From Callorhinchus milii (lineage: Eukaryota): a stretch of 64,000 nt of DNA. Location of the stretch: assembly GCF_018977255.1 (NCBI RefSeq), contig NW_024704743.1:83764001-83828000 (forward strand). Reading direction: 5' to 3'. Position numbers and translations under genes: made by a program. The notes under the pieces were generated by a model. It was not told where the DNA came from. It saw only the letters and a list, made by a program, of their open reading frames with translations, and did no database searches. How positions within the stretch are numbered: the stretch's first letter is position 1; each line of letters begins with the position of its first letter. This document shows positions 1-12,165 of the stretch, piece by piece.

Positions 1-2178
1 CCCCCAGGGCTCGCATCAGGGACCACCATGGTCCTGTCGGGTTGGCTGCCCCAGCCCCAGCCTATGGGCTTATGCCATCCACCTGACCGCTCGCTCCCTC
101 CCGGTCCCCGCATGCGCATTATGGCTGCCACTCTGACCCTCACCCCCTCCCTCCCTCCCCCCTCTGCATCTCTCACGCTCTGTCCTCCTCTCTTTCCATC
201 CTCCCACAACCTCCCTCTGTTCCAGTCTGGGAATCCTCCGCCGGGCTCACCGTGGCACTCGGCGTTGGCTGTCCAGCAGCAGCCACACCGACTGCCCCAT
301 TCCCCACCACACTCGCCAGCCACCCCGGACACAGACCCGAGAAGCCAACCTCTCCTCCCTCATCCCCATTCCCCCCACCCCTGCCTCACAACCTGAAACC
401 CCTTCCTCCCCACACACCATTCTGTCACCCGCTCCCTCCACATCGGACTATAATACGTCCGCTCCCTCTGTAACAAGGCCCTGGTCATCAACGATCTCAT
501 CCTCGATGAGAGCGTTGACATCATGGCCTTAATGGAAACCTGGCTTACCCCAAGCGACACCTTCCCCCTCACGGAGGCCACACCACCCGGCTACACCTCC
601 CACCACATCCCTTGCCCCAACCGGCGTGGCAGTGGTCTAGCCCTTAGCTCAAGGACACCACTTGCCCTATCCCCCTACTCCTCTGGCTCTTTCCCCTCTT
701 TTGAGCACCTCACCCTCTCCCACCCCTCCTATCTCTCACTCAAAATCCTCCTCGTCTACCGACCCCCTAAATCCTCTCCCACCATCATCTGCGATATTTC
801 TACCCTACTAACATCTCTCTGCCTCTGCTCTGATCGCCTCATCATCCTGGGCGACTTCAACCTGCACTTCACCCCCTCCTGCTCCATCTCCTCGGACCTC
901 TCCTCTCTGCTCTCCTCGCTCAACCTCTCCCTCCACATCAACTCCGCCACTCACAGTCAAGACCACCCACTTGATTTGGTGATCACCCGGGGCCTCAGTG
1001 TCTCGGATGTCACCATTACCGACAAGGCCGTCTCCGATCACCACTTCATCTCCTTCACCACCTCTACCTCTCTCCCCACCTCCACCAGACCCACTACCAT
1101 CTTCTACTGCCTCTGGAAGAAGTTACCCCCACAATCCCTAACCGCTGCCTTGGAGTCCTCTGAACTCCTCTCCCTCTGGCCTTCATCCCTCACTGACCCC
1201 TCTTCTGCTCTCACCCTCCTCCACAACACCCTCTCCTCCACACTCGACACTCTTGCCCCCATCACCTTCCGTACTGTCTCTTACTCTCGCTCCTCCCCCT
1301 GGTTCACCACCCACCTCCGCTCACTGAAGAGGTGAGGGCCGCTGAACGCACCTGCCTCAAATCTGGCCTAACGGCCCACTGACAAATCTGGCTGGACCTC
1401 CTCAAAATCTACCGCTCCACTCTAGCCTCGGCCAAGTCGTCCTTCTACTCCATAATCCTGGATAATCCTGGAGGCGAAGAACAACCCCAGGCTTCTGTTC
1501 TCTACCACATCCCGACTCCTCCGTCCCCCCGCCACCCCGCGCAGGTCATCTCCTCCAACCTTCACTGCGAGGAGATGCTGGATTTCCTTGAATCCCAAAT
1601 CAAGGGAATCCGCTCCGCGGTCACTGCCCCTCCAACTTCCACCCACCCCTTCCCTCCCACACTCCGACTCCTACCCATCCTCCCCTACACACCTTTGAAC
1701 CCGTTTCTCCACCCTCTGTCACCAACCTCATCCTGTCCCTGAAACCCACCACCTGCTCCCTTGACCCCATCCCCCTCCACTCCTTATCTCTCAGCTCCAC
1801 CTCCTTGCCCCACTTCTCACAGACATCATCAACCTGTCCCTCTCCTCTGGCTCTGTTCCCATTCCCCTAAAAACTGCCACCATCACTCCCACTTTGAAAA
1901 AACTCTCCCTTGATGCGTCGCAGCTATCAAGCTACCGGCCCATCTCCAACCTCCCCTTCCTGTCCAAGGTCCTTAAAACAGTTGTCGCCTCCCAGCTGCG
2001 CTCTTTCCTCTCCACCCATGCATTACTCGAACCCCTTCAGTCGGGTTTCCGTGCTGCCCATAGCACAAAACCGCCCTGGTCAAGGTCACCAATGACATCC
2101 TGACCATCTGTGACCAGGGCTCCCTCTGTCTCCTCGTCCTATCGGCCGCATCCGATAAGTTCGACCACGCTATTCTCC
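1..2178 (+). mobile_element. L2-clade LINE, 5' part (APE endonuclease plus start of RT); inactive, 3'-truncated
   Basis: Translation from ~445 gives GL*YVRSLCNK...DIMALMETWL...VYRPPK...ILGDFNLH...HPLDLVI...SDHHFI (APE motifs), then [13 protein letters not shown]...[10 protein letters not shown] (RT N-terminus). In-frame stops at 451-453 and 1333-1335 plus frameshifts. 1868-2178 aligns with the young L2 at 53590-53910. Confidence 0.92.
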
Positions 2179-2444
2179 TATCAGCTTCTGATAGCAATAA
2201 CCACTGCAATGCAGGCCACAACAGGAAAAACGTTGCTTGGTGGTAAACAGAATTGATAGTCGTTGAAAGTTGAGGTTACAGGACGACCGACAGAGGACTA
2301 AACTGCTAATTTTGAGAATAAAATTGGTCATTCACTTCAGGGCTGTTTGTGGGCCTTGCTGTGGATCTTTAATACACAGTCACTACACTTTATATCCTGT
2401 GAAACTCTTTGAGACGTTTCAATGACTGCTGAGGCGCTATATAA

Positions 2445-2735
2445 TAATAATAATCCTTGCATTTGATATAGCGCCTTATCACGTCTACAAAATGTCTCAA
2501 AACTCTGAACAAATATACTTTTTGTGGCGAAACGCTGCAGCCAATTGCTCGCAGCTGTGTCCCACCAACAGATGTGGATTGAAAGTACCAATTTATTATT
2601 ATTTTTTTGAAGAATTATTACCCTCGGAAAAGCGATCTGGCAATTGACTAACAACCGGGTTCCTACTTACTAAGTAAACAGAGACGTGTAGAGTAAAGAA
2701 ACTTGCCTAACATTTTGCCCTGCCAGGAATCGAAC
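2445..2735 (-). mobile_element. tRNA-derived SINE with CORE-like domain (long form), head truncated
   Basis: Aligns with copies at 11808-12165 and 42310-42678. Its (TAT)n tail abuts, tail to tail, a plus-strand SINE 3' fragment at ~2320-2445. Confidence 0.85.
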
Positions 2736-3289
2736 GAAGCCAGGCAAGGATGTTACTGCTGAATCTGTCCAGTGACCTCTGCTGGAAATTGTACATTTGT
2801 GTACATCTAAAATTAGGTCTAATATATGACCTAGTTTCAGTGTGTAAAATTATTTTTCCTTACAATTTAAGAGCATGTCGAAATGTGAAAAATTCTTAAA
2901 TTCACATTCAATTTGGAAGTCGTAGTTTTTCTTAAAGCAAAACGTTTTTTAACATCTCATTTTGTTTGGCAAGTAGGAAATGTGTGTGCGTGCATAACTT
3001 GTGGGGATCATGCGATGTGATGTGTACTCACTGAATCATTGGAGCAGCTGTTGTCTCAGTTTCTAATTCAGAAGGTAGTCATTGGTAGAGCGTGATACAA
3101 CTGGCGACATAACAAAGTAATTGTTTCATACAGTAAGTGTTTTGCAACACACATGTACACATGTACCACCATCGACCCAATTTAAGATCACCTACTTTCC
3201 AACTTCTTCCACATAAGAAATGTCCTTGAACAATATTGGTATTTTATTCACCGAGATCAACCTGAGTGAGACGGCCCAGGAACTGCAGC

Positions 3290-4300
3290 AACAACACCAA
3301 CAAATGACACTTGTATCGCGCCCTTCACATTGGAAAGATGTCCCAGCCACAGGACAATCAGGTGTTTTGGATCCGAGCTGGTAGTTGGGGTCAGAAGGGG
3401 AGGAGGGCAGGGGGGGTGGGGATGGGAGGGTGGCTGAAGACACGATCGAAGAGGAAGATCTTCAGAGGGGACTTGAAGGAAGCAAGAGAGGGGGTGAGGG
3501 CGAGGGATTGCGGGATAGAGTTCCAGAGTGTGGGAGCAGAGATGCTGAATGCCCGACCGCCAATGGTGGGGCGCGATGTGTGGAGGACCTGAAGCAGGCA
3601 GGTGCCCGCTGAGCAGCGGGAGTGGACAGGCTGATATGGGGCTATGAGGTCGGAGAGATAGGGAGAAGCAAGATCTTTAAGGTCAGACCCAGAGTTTTGT
3701 ACTTGATTCTCTGAGGAATGGGGAGCCAGTGAAGCCAGTGAAGAACAGGGGTGATAGGTTCCCGGAGCCTGGTGTGGGAGAGGATCCGAGCTGCATAGTT
3801 CTGCAGTTTGTGGAGGGAAGAGTTGGGAAGTCCAGCGAGCAGGCAGTTTGCGTAGTCAAACAAGGATGTAATGAAAGCGTGGATCAAGGTCTCGGTGGGC
3901 TGCAGTGAGGGGCAGTGGAGAAGGTGGACAATGTTGCGGAGGTGTGGAAAGGCGGAACGGATCATGGCACGAATGTGGGGTTTGAAGGATATCTGAGGGT
4001 CGAAAAAGACATCGAGATTTCGGATTGGCTCAGTGAGGTGAAGAGTGCAGCCATGAATCGTGGTCGTGTCGGCTGCTGAGGTGAGAAGACGTTGCCGGGA
4101 GCTAAGCAGAATGGCCTCTGTCTTGCAAACATTGTGTTTGGAGGAAATTGGCTCTCATCCAGGACTTGATGTCAGACAGACAATTAGCCAGGACATCAAC
4201 GGACCTGGAGTCGAGAGCGAAGCAGCGAGATAGAGTTGAATGTCATCCACATACATGCAGAAATTGACCCCATTCCTGCGGATGACATTGTCGAGGGGAG
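3290..4300 (-). mobile_element. L2 LINE 3' fragment (older subfamily)
   Basis: Minus-strand translation gives IRRNGVNFCMYVDDIQLYL and HAFITSLFDYANCLLAGLP...LHWLPIPQRI. L2 tail (GAAGGGCGCGATAC...TGTTGTTG) at ~3290-3330. Confidence 0.88.
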
Positions 4301-5609
4301 CATGTGATCTATTGTTACTTTTTAACATCTCATCTGAAGAACTGCACCTCCGACAATGCAGTGCACCCCAGCACAGTAGCATGACCGTTGGCAAATGTTT
4401 CCTGTTGCCTATCCCAGGGATGTTTACATAACAAAAACCTTTTTAAGGGCAAGAAAGGCCTGCCTCAGGGCTAACAAACATGTGCCCTTTTTACAAGAAC
4501 AATAATTTTTATTTATATAGTGCCCTTCACATGGGCTAGAATCTTGGACCACTTAATAATGAAGTAGTTTGACCCCGAACTGGGGAGAAAGGAGAGGTTT
4601 CCGTAATTAAAATATTAAAATAAAAGATTAAAATATCTGTCAAGATCTAACAAACTTGAGGAAAAGGCTCGATTGTCTGAAAGATACTTTTCCTGTTTTG
4701 ACGATGTTCAAAGCACTAAATACATTTAAGTTGTATTGCAGATAATTACCTTTTTTCTTTTTCTTTTCCTAATCTAACACTCTGCTGTTTTAACTCCGCT
4801 TTAAGTGTCAAAATGAAGAGTTGAGTGAAGCCCCAGCTTGCTGTACAACAAAAGCGAGAAGACAAGGTCAGGATGCTCGATTCGCACAATGACTATCGCT
4901 AACGGCTCATGACACATCTGCCACAAAAACCCTTGAAATATTGTGCAGCAAGCACCTAAATTGGCTTAATCTGCAAGTACTGAATTGAAATTTTCTTTTT
5001 TAAAAAATATTGCTTCTGTTCAAGAAGAAGAATTCACCTAGAGATGGTCACCCCACAAGGCAGAGCTTTTGTTGCTGCTGTCTCTGAGTTCTGAGTCTGC
5101 CAGTGGAAACATAGCCTTCTGGTCCTTGAAAAGCAGAGAGCAGCAGGCGGTGCTAACAGATTATCATATTTCTAGGTTCTAGCCTTGGAAACTCCAAGGA
5201 TCCTGATTAAGAGGACGAAAGTGATTTTAAATTAAAATCTCTACATTAGAGTCAAGCGCTGAAGAATAGCGCCATTGTTAGTCATTATCCTGGAAACCGT
5301 TAACATTATTAAGAAGCAGTTGGAGGTGAGGAGATCTGTCAATCTGCTGCTAACCCTCCCCTGGGAATTAAAAGCTGGGACACATGACAGGTTGTTTCTT
5401 CACAGGCTGCTTTTCGCAAGCTCAGCGGTTGTTTAATTGAGGATTACGGTAAATTAGACAGCCCTTCAAATATCCTGCAGTCACATTTCAATTCCTGAAT
5501 GTGCTCCAAGTCACTTGCATATGTTCCTAATTCACCTCAGTCAATAATTGTAAAAAGATTCATTTGGTATACTTCTTAAAATATTTTCACCTCAGAATCG
5601 TATTCATAA

Positions 5610-6125
5610 AATAATAATAACTGCATTTGATATAGTGATTTTAAATATTTCAAGTTAAAATCTCTCCATTGGAGTCAAATGCTCAAGAATAACAACATTA
5701 TTGGTCATTATCCTGGAAACCGTTAATACTGTTAAGAAGCAGCTGAAGGTGTGTCATGTAGTGACTGTGAAATGTAGTGACTGTATTTGTAAGTGAACAC
5801 GGCAGCCAATTTGTGCACAGCAATGTCCCACAAACAGCCATGAAATGAATGAGCAATTTTATTTGATGGATTGTTGGCCCTTCTGTTTTCCATACCATGG
5901 GAACATTAATGTCCACCTGAATAGAATTCGGCACACTGAAAGCGACTTGACCCACAGCCAGGACATTGAAATGTGACTGCAGGTTATTTGAAGGGCTGTC
6001 TAATTTACCCAAATCCTGAACAGACAGAAGGGGCCTTGGTTTAATCTCTCAACCAAAAGATGGCAGCTCTAATAATGCAATACACCCCCAGCACTGTTTT
6101 GGAGTGTCAGCCTGAACTATATGCT
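5610..6125 (-). mobile_element. Deu-domain (SacSINE1-like) SINE interrupted by two locally derived insertions
   Basis: Family motifs GGCAGCCAATTTGTGCACAGCAATGTCCCACAAACAGC and GTCCACCTGAA...GGGGCCTTGGTTTAA...GTGTCAGCC. Insertions at ~5652-5751 and ~5923-6015. Confidence 0.8.
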
Positions 6126-6579
6126 ACATATGACACAAAAATATTGATGAGACCTAAATTACATCATTGCTTCATTCATGTTTGACTCATTTATGATAAG
6201 GCTGCTCCTTTGAGTGTCTTCCCTTCCTCAAACAGCAATCATGTTCCTCTTTAACACCAACCTTTCACACTGCAGTGAGGTCATTGTGCAAACAAAGGTT
6301 ACAGCTCAGAGACCTTCGATAAGGCTGCAACGTTAGAGTGCACACAAAGATCCATTTAATGTAACCAAGAAAAACAGGATGGGGGTAATGCAATTTATTT
6401 CTATTTGTCTAGGAAGTTATTTACTATCTAACCATAAGATTGGTTCAGATGAAGAAGGTCCTTAGACCTTTTTTGATCTCATACTAGAATATCCATCCTA
6501 TCTTCCTCCCATCACAACATCAAGCTATTTTTAAAATGAATCCAGTGGTCCTGACCGTAACCACCCTTCCAGCTAACAT

Positions 6580-7125
6580 AAAAGCCTGCGATTGAAGGTG
6601 TTAAATTCAGAACCAATCTGCGGAGACACTACATCAGTGAGCGAGTAGTAAACTTGTGGAACAGGCTCCCTAGAGAGATGGTGGAAGCAGAAAGTGTCGT
6701 TTGTTTCTGCTAGAAAATAATATCTTAAGATACAGTACATAGTATCATATAAGTAAATCTTTGAAAGTGGCAGGACAAGTAGATAAAACTGTTAAAAAAG
6801 CATATGGGATATTAGGCTTTATAAATAGGGCATAGAATACAAAAGTCAGGAAATTATGATGAACCTTTATAAAACACTGGTTAGGCCTCAGCTGTGTTCA
6901 GTTCTGGGCACCACACTCTAGGAAGGATGTCAAGGCATCGGAGCGGGTGCAAAGGAGATTTACCAGGATGGTACCAGGAATGAGCGAGTTATCAGGAGAG
7001 GCTGGAGAAGCTAGAATTATTCTCCTTGGAACAGAAAAGGTTAAGAGGAGACTTAATAGAAGTTTTCGAAATTATGAGGGGGATTCGATAGGTTGAACAA
7101 GGAGAAACTATTTCCACTGGCCGGT
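6580..7125 (+). mobile_element. CR1-clade LINE 3' ORF2 fragments
   Basis: Translation includes KKAYGILGFINR...YKSQEIMMNLYKTLVRPQL...QFWAPH...LERVQRRFTRM-like text, typical of the CR1 C-terminus. Confidence 0.85.
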
Positions 7126-7697
7126 GGAGAGTTCTGGATCATCTGCAGCCTGTGGAAGAAGGAGTTAGGGAGGCCGACAAACAGTGAGTTTGCATAGTCG
7201 AGCCTCGATGTAAGGCAGTACCAAATGGGCCCTGAACAGAGCACCTACATGACTTCTGAGGACCTTCACTAATTTGGCAATATCATCTACCATCCAGTTT
7301 GTAAATCTGATAAAATGATTCTTGCAACTCTGTGGCAACAAATACAGTCCATGGAAAGAGTTTCTACAGACAATGGGATGGTCCACTCTAATGTTTCTCA
7401 CATACCCAATAGAAGACCAGAACATTTATCTAGCCTTAGTCTAAGACCATTTTGTTTCAAGATTACGCAGAATTGTACAAAACTCTTCAATTCAGTCTAA
7501 ATTTATAAGTTTTTTATAAGAGCTATGGAAGTCAATCCACTGGAAGACAGAGAGCCCGTGGAACCTGGTGAGGATGGGGGTTGATGGCCAAGTGAAGCTT
7601 AAGGATCCAAGGTAAATTGAAGAATTTTCCACAATTTTGTGCAATCTTACCTTTTAAAGCACAAATAGTTTTACTGACAAAATAATTTTACGAGATG

Positions 7698-7868
7698 ATG
7701 AATAAGACATCTAAACATTCACTACGACAGTGAATGAGACATCTGAATGTTTACAGTAAACGCAACTTCTGAAAGTTCACAACATGGTGAATGAGACATC
7801 TGAAAGTTCACTACATGGTGAATGAGACATCTGAAAGTTCACTAATGGTGAATGAGACATCTGAAAGA
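7698..7868. repeat. Minisatellite, ~30-31-bp unit, ~6 imperfect copies
   Basis: Unit TGAATGAGACATCTGAAAGTTCACTACATGG is visibly repeated. The right-hand copies are nearly identical. Confidence 0.9.
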
Positions 7869-7909
7869 GGTTTGTGCACTGGGCTACATGGAGCACGTTG
7901 TCCTCTTAC

Positions 7910-7969
7910 CTTAGCTGACTGTTCAGCAGCATCAAGATGTGATGCATGTTTACCGCTCTGGCTGCCCAT
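7910..7969 (-). CDS. mbp: First coding exon (exon 7983->7910, 14 nt of 5'UTR) of a probable Golli-myelin basic protein gene; peptide MGSQSGKHASHLDAAEQSAK; CDS continues beyond the left edge
   Basis: Acceptor ...gcattttctttcacag| at 7984, donor AAG|gtaaga at 7909. ATG in a strong Kozak context (AGTATGG). 60 coding nt ending in phase 0; the other two frames are closed. Matches recalled Golli N-termini (mouse MGNHSGKRELSAEKASK, human MGNHAGKRELNAEKAST) at MG, (S)GK, AE and the terminal K, including the Gly2 myristoylation site. Confidence 0.7.
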
Positions 7970-10900
7970 ACTCAACTGTTGAGCTGTGAAAGAAAATGCA
8001 GCAAATCATTTCTTTTGCCTGCCTTTAATTTTTGAAAGCTGTTTTTCTTCAGAGTCAGCAGCACTTATCCTGACACTTGCAATGGGCAGGAACAGAGAAG
8101 GTAGCAATAAACCAAAACATCATTTTCTCCTGTACGTCCCAGCACTTTCAGACAATCCATCAGATAGACTTGTAACAAATGTAGTTGGAAACTTAGTCAA
8201 TATTACTGTTTAAAAGTGGAGCAACTTTTGCATTCTATGTTGTTAAAGGCAAAAATAGTTTTGAAAGCACAGGGAGGATTTTACAGAAACTGATGCTGAA
8301 AGGCTTAGCAGTTTCCATCAATATCCCACCCGTATTTTTAAAAAATCAAATGCAAAAATATCGATATCACAATATGTTCAACAATACAACACACACGTAT
8401 GTTCACAATTCAAGAATATTAAAGAACTTATCTTTCTACTCGTCAAGGCTTTCAGGTTTATATCTGGTCTGGGATTATATTAACATTAGTTTATGCAATC
8501 CATTAATGTACTGTTTTCACACGGCAACTCACAAATGAGTGCAATGCGTGTTTGTAAACTCTTGTCTACCCTTTTCCAATGCAGTCAGTCAGGAAATGAG
8601 TACTTTGGAGAGAGAGAGTTTTGACTAGATTTTAGTGCCTCATGACCTCAAGTGCAGTTGGCTGTGTTTATCTGTATCTGTACCCTTCCACTCCTGGAGG
8701 GCTATTATTTTCACTATGTGCGATAACATTCTTATTATTATTAACCTGGAACTCTAAATGGACTTTTCTGATATTATCTGATAATGAACCAGGTCTACTT
8801 TAACGTCTGGGACGTTATTTTTATGATTTCCCCTGAAATCGCTTGTTCTAAATGTCCAGAAGGATTGAGAATCCTCATCAGATATTGATGACATCTGGCC
8901 ATCCCGTGAGCACTCAGGTAGGTCAGAATCCTTCTGCCCAGGACACTTTGGCTGTCAGGGATCCAAATTACTTAAGCCTCATTATAACGTTATAATGTGG
9001 GTTCACTTGAAGTACAATTGGGATGTGGGTGCTAACATTAACTCACACACAAAAAAAATCCCAAATGCACGTAGAGAGCCAGCTCACTTCCAATTGCCCT
9101 CAATCACTTCAAAGCATAGCCAGAAATCAGCTATTTTGGTTTCTCACAAGGACTAACCTCTGGTTCATCAGGTCACTGTCCACATCATTTCTGTGCTGAG
9201 CTGGTGGGCTACGTTCTGCACGAATGTTGAAGCACTGACCAGCGATTGCGCCCCATTATAATGCTGGCTGGGAATTTTATGGACTACAACTACTGCATTA
9301 TAGCAAGGGCTCTACCCTATTACTTTGGTACCGTTTTCCATATCATTAAAGAGAAAAACACAATATTCTACCCTCCCTCCTGCTACAACTTACATTATGT
9401 AACCCCTTTTGTGTAGGAAAACATCTCAGAATTCTTTACAGAGATGAAGTGAATGCCCGAACATAATGAAAGAAGTGTGAGAGGTGTGCGAGTAGACATA
9501 CCTGGTGGGGTCTAGGGGAAATCCTCTAGGTCTGTGGACCTGGTTGAATGTTCAGGACTGAAAGAATGTAGTATCGTTTCAAAGGAAATAACAGTCATGA
9601 GGTTGAAGCCTATTTCAACAGACTTCCTGTATGAGGGAGCAGGTGTAGAATCAATGCTTGTCGTGTTGAAGAGAGAGGAGACATTAGAGAGGAGAGAGAA
9701 AGGACAAAGACAGGAGACAGGAAGGGCATAGTCAAAAAGGTAGGATTTTTGAAGTCAGAGGGAGACTTTTTGAATCGTATCTCCTGTTTCCTGTCTTCAG
9801 AATAAAAATAGTTGGTGCCAACTCTTAGTGAACGGATGCTGTGCGGAGGGTGTTGTGCAAGTTCTGTGAGATCAGATGTAAGCACAAAACCACTTTAGAA
9901 GGTCATTTTCCTGACTGCTTGTCAATGACAAATGGTAGTGAAACCAGAACAAAAACTACAACCACCTGATATTTAATTGCAGCTCTCGGCCTCCACTCCT
10001 CGTATTTCAGTAGCGATAACGTTGAAAATAAATTGTTAGAAGTCTTTGCTCCTGCCTGTGTCCTTGACGTGGGTATGCCATTTAGCTGCACGCTGCACCA
10101 AAACACCTGGTTGGGCCATACAGAGCCAAAGCCCATGAGTGAGAAAGGTTGTACTGCAATACGAGTGTCTCCGCTTTTGCACTGCATTCTGTGCAAGAAG
10201 AGGATGTCATCTGCAGGAAATGACACACGCCCTGTGATACTCCTCCCCACTGGTTTATTCATTACATAATTTTCTCTGTACACACGTATTCATACACGGC
10301 GCATTATACACATAGACCACAAAGACTCCTGGCTCATGTAAGAGCAAACAAGGAGCAAGGAAGAGGTAGGTCACAGAAATGGATTCCTGGATGCAGTGTG
10401 TTGTTATGATAAAATGGAGCCAGAAGAGAATCCCTGCACTGTGCTTGTTTGCCAGTCTAACAAAACTTACACTATGAATGGGAGTAGCCCAGACTGAAAC
10501 AATTGTTTTATCCCCAGTTGATAAGTGACCATCATTCATTCTTCTCCGTTATTCATAGATTTCTTGAAATCCCAATTAGTTTTCGAAAGGACCCTTCATT
10601 TTGTTTCTGATATAAAAAAGGCCAACAATTGTCTTTTGACTGGAGGTAAGTATTTATTGGATAAAAAGTCACTGCAAGCTTTTTAAACATTTCTTCCCCA
10701 GAAAGCCTCCCAACACTCCACTGAAATATCAGACATCAGACATCAGACCATGGGCTCAAAGACCCAAAAAGGGTATTTGAACCCACCACCTTCTGACTCA
10801 GAGAGGATAATGGTACCAATTGAGTGTTTGAGTAGCAATTGTTTATTTGATGAAAAAATCAGGTTTGGTCCCCAGATTTTCTCAGCAGGAAGATTCCGAC

Positions 10901-11574
10901 AGGTGTTAACAACATGAGCATTAGAATTTTTCTTTAATAAACTTATACTTTACATCAAATTAGAAAATTAAATAATCATTTGAGTTGTTACGGCGATGTT
11001 AAAGGCTTTTAGGCATCCTCCCAATGTGAAAGGCAATATATAAATGTAAATTACATTGCATTGTATAGTACCTTTCATGTCAGGAGGACATCTGAAAGGA
11101 TTTCACAGTATTTATTATACTGTGTTGTGACTTTGCATATTGTAGGCAAACATACAGCTTTGATATGCAAAAGTTTTATATGTACAGGTAAATATAGCTT
11201 CCACTAAAAAGGATATAAAGAACAGTTACTTACCCCTGAGCTATTTGCTTTCAGATTTTGTTCTCTTAGGCAAGTGCATTATTCTTCCATTTAGAACGCC
11301 CATGACTTTACTTGTGGGCAATATCTGCAGATTTTTTTGTGATGACCTTAAGAAGTTAAAATGGAAAATCAACCTCAGTAAATGAAGTCAATTTCTTTCT
11401 TAGTTCTATTAGGACTGTCCTTATTCCTTTACGTCTCAACACCTTGTGCTCATTTAGACCTGAGTTACCATGGCAATATTTTTTCTTGCTATGAAATCTG
11501 GTTAAGTGACCTAATTAAGATCCTTCATTTCCCGGGTGAAGACTGACCCCATCTGGCAATACATTTTTTTCTAA

Positions 11575-11797
11575 AAGAGAATTTAGGAAGAAAATCTTTA
11601 CGCGGAAGGTGGGGAGAATATGTAACTCCTTGCCGTAAGCTGCGATTAAAGCAGAAAGCTTCAATGTATTTGATGAAAAAAATTTGATGCTTACAAGAGG
11701 GAGAAGGGGATAAAGGGGTATAGCAGAAGGAATTAGGAGGTTCATGTGGAGTATAAACCCTGATGCAATTACCTGGACCAAAGGGCCTGTTTCCACG
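11575..11797 (+). mobile_element. CR1 LINE 3' end fragment
   Basis: FRKKIFTRKVGRICNSLP-like decayed text followed by the CR1 3'UTR motif GACC...GGGCCTGTTTCC. Confidence 0.7.
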
Positions 11798-11807
11798 CTA
11801 ATAATAT

Positions 11808-12165
11808 TAATAATCCTTTCATTTAATATAGCACCTTCTCATGTCTTCAAGATGTCTCAAAGCGCGTCACAGAATATACTATAAAGTGAATTGACTGTAT
11901 ATTTTGTGGGTGAACCACGGTAGCCAATTATGCACAGCAGTGTCCCACAAACAGTCATGGATGGAAGTGACCAATTTTTTTTGAAGGAATTATTACCCCC
12001 GGAAAAGTGATCTGCCAATTGGCTAACAACTGGGTTCCTACTTACTGCTAGGTAAACAGAGGCGTGTGGAATAAGGAAGCATGCCCAACATTTCATCCTG
12101 CTGGGAATCAAACCCAGGACTCTCGCTTGCAAAGCGAGGGGTCTAATCACTGAGCTACAGGACTC
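11808..12165 (-). mobile_element. Full-length tRNA-derived SINE (long form): tRNA-like head, CORE-like domain, Deu-SINE-like 3' region, L2-like tail
   Basis: Minus strand begins GAGTCCTGTAGCTCAGTGATTAGA (A box)...GGGTTTGATTCC (B box). It continues TTGGGCATGCTTCCTTATTCCACACGCCTCTGTTTACCTAGCAGTAAGTAGG and ends GCTATATTAAATGAAAGGATTATTA. Confidence 0.9.

Noticed and set aside
7698..7868. CRISPR-like array
   Set aside because: Head-to-tail tandem units with no unique spacers, eukaryotic context, no cas genes.
7910..7969. MARCKSL1 (MGSQSSK…) as the identity of the exon
   Set aside because: It lacks the KANGQ/ENGHV motif at the splice junction and is preceded by an acceptor, whereas the MARCKS-family ATG lies in exon 1.
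9967..10210. Immunoglobulin C1-set exon (…SNNLFSTLSLLKYEEW…)
   Set aside because: Superficial likeness only; the canonical B- and F-strand cysteines are not in place.
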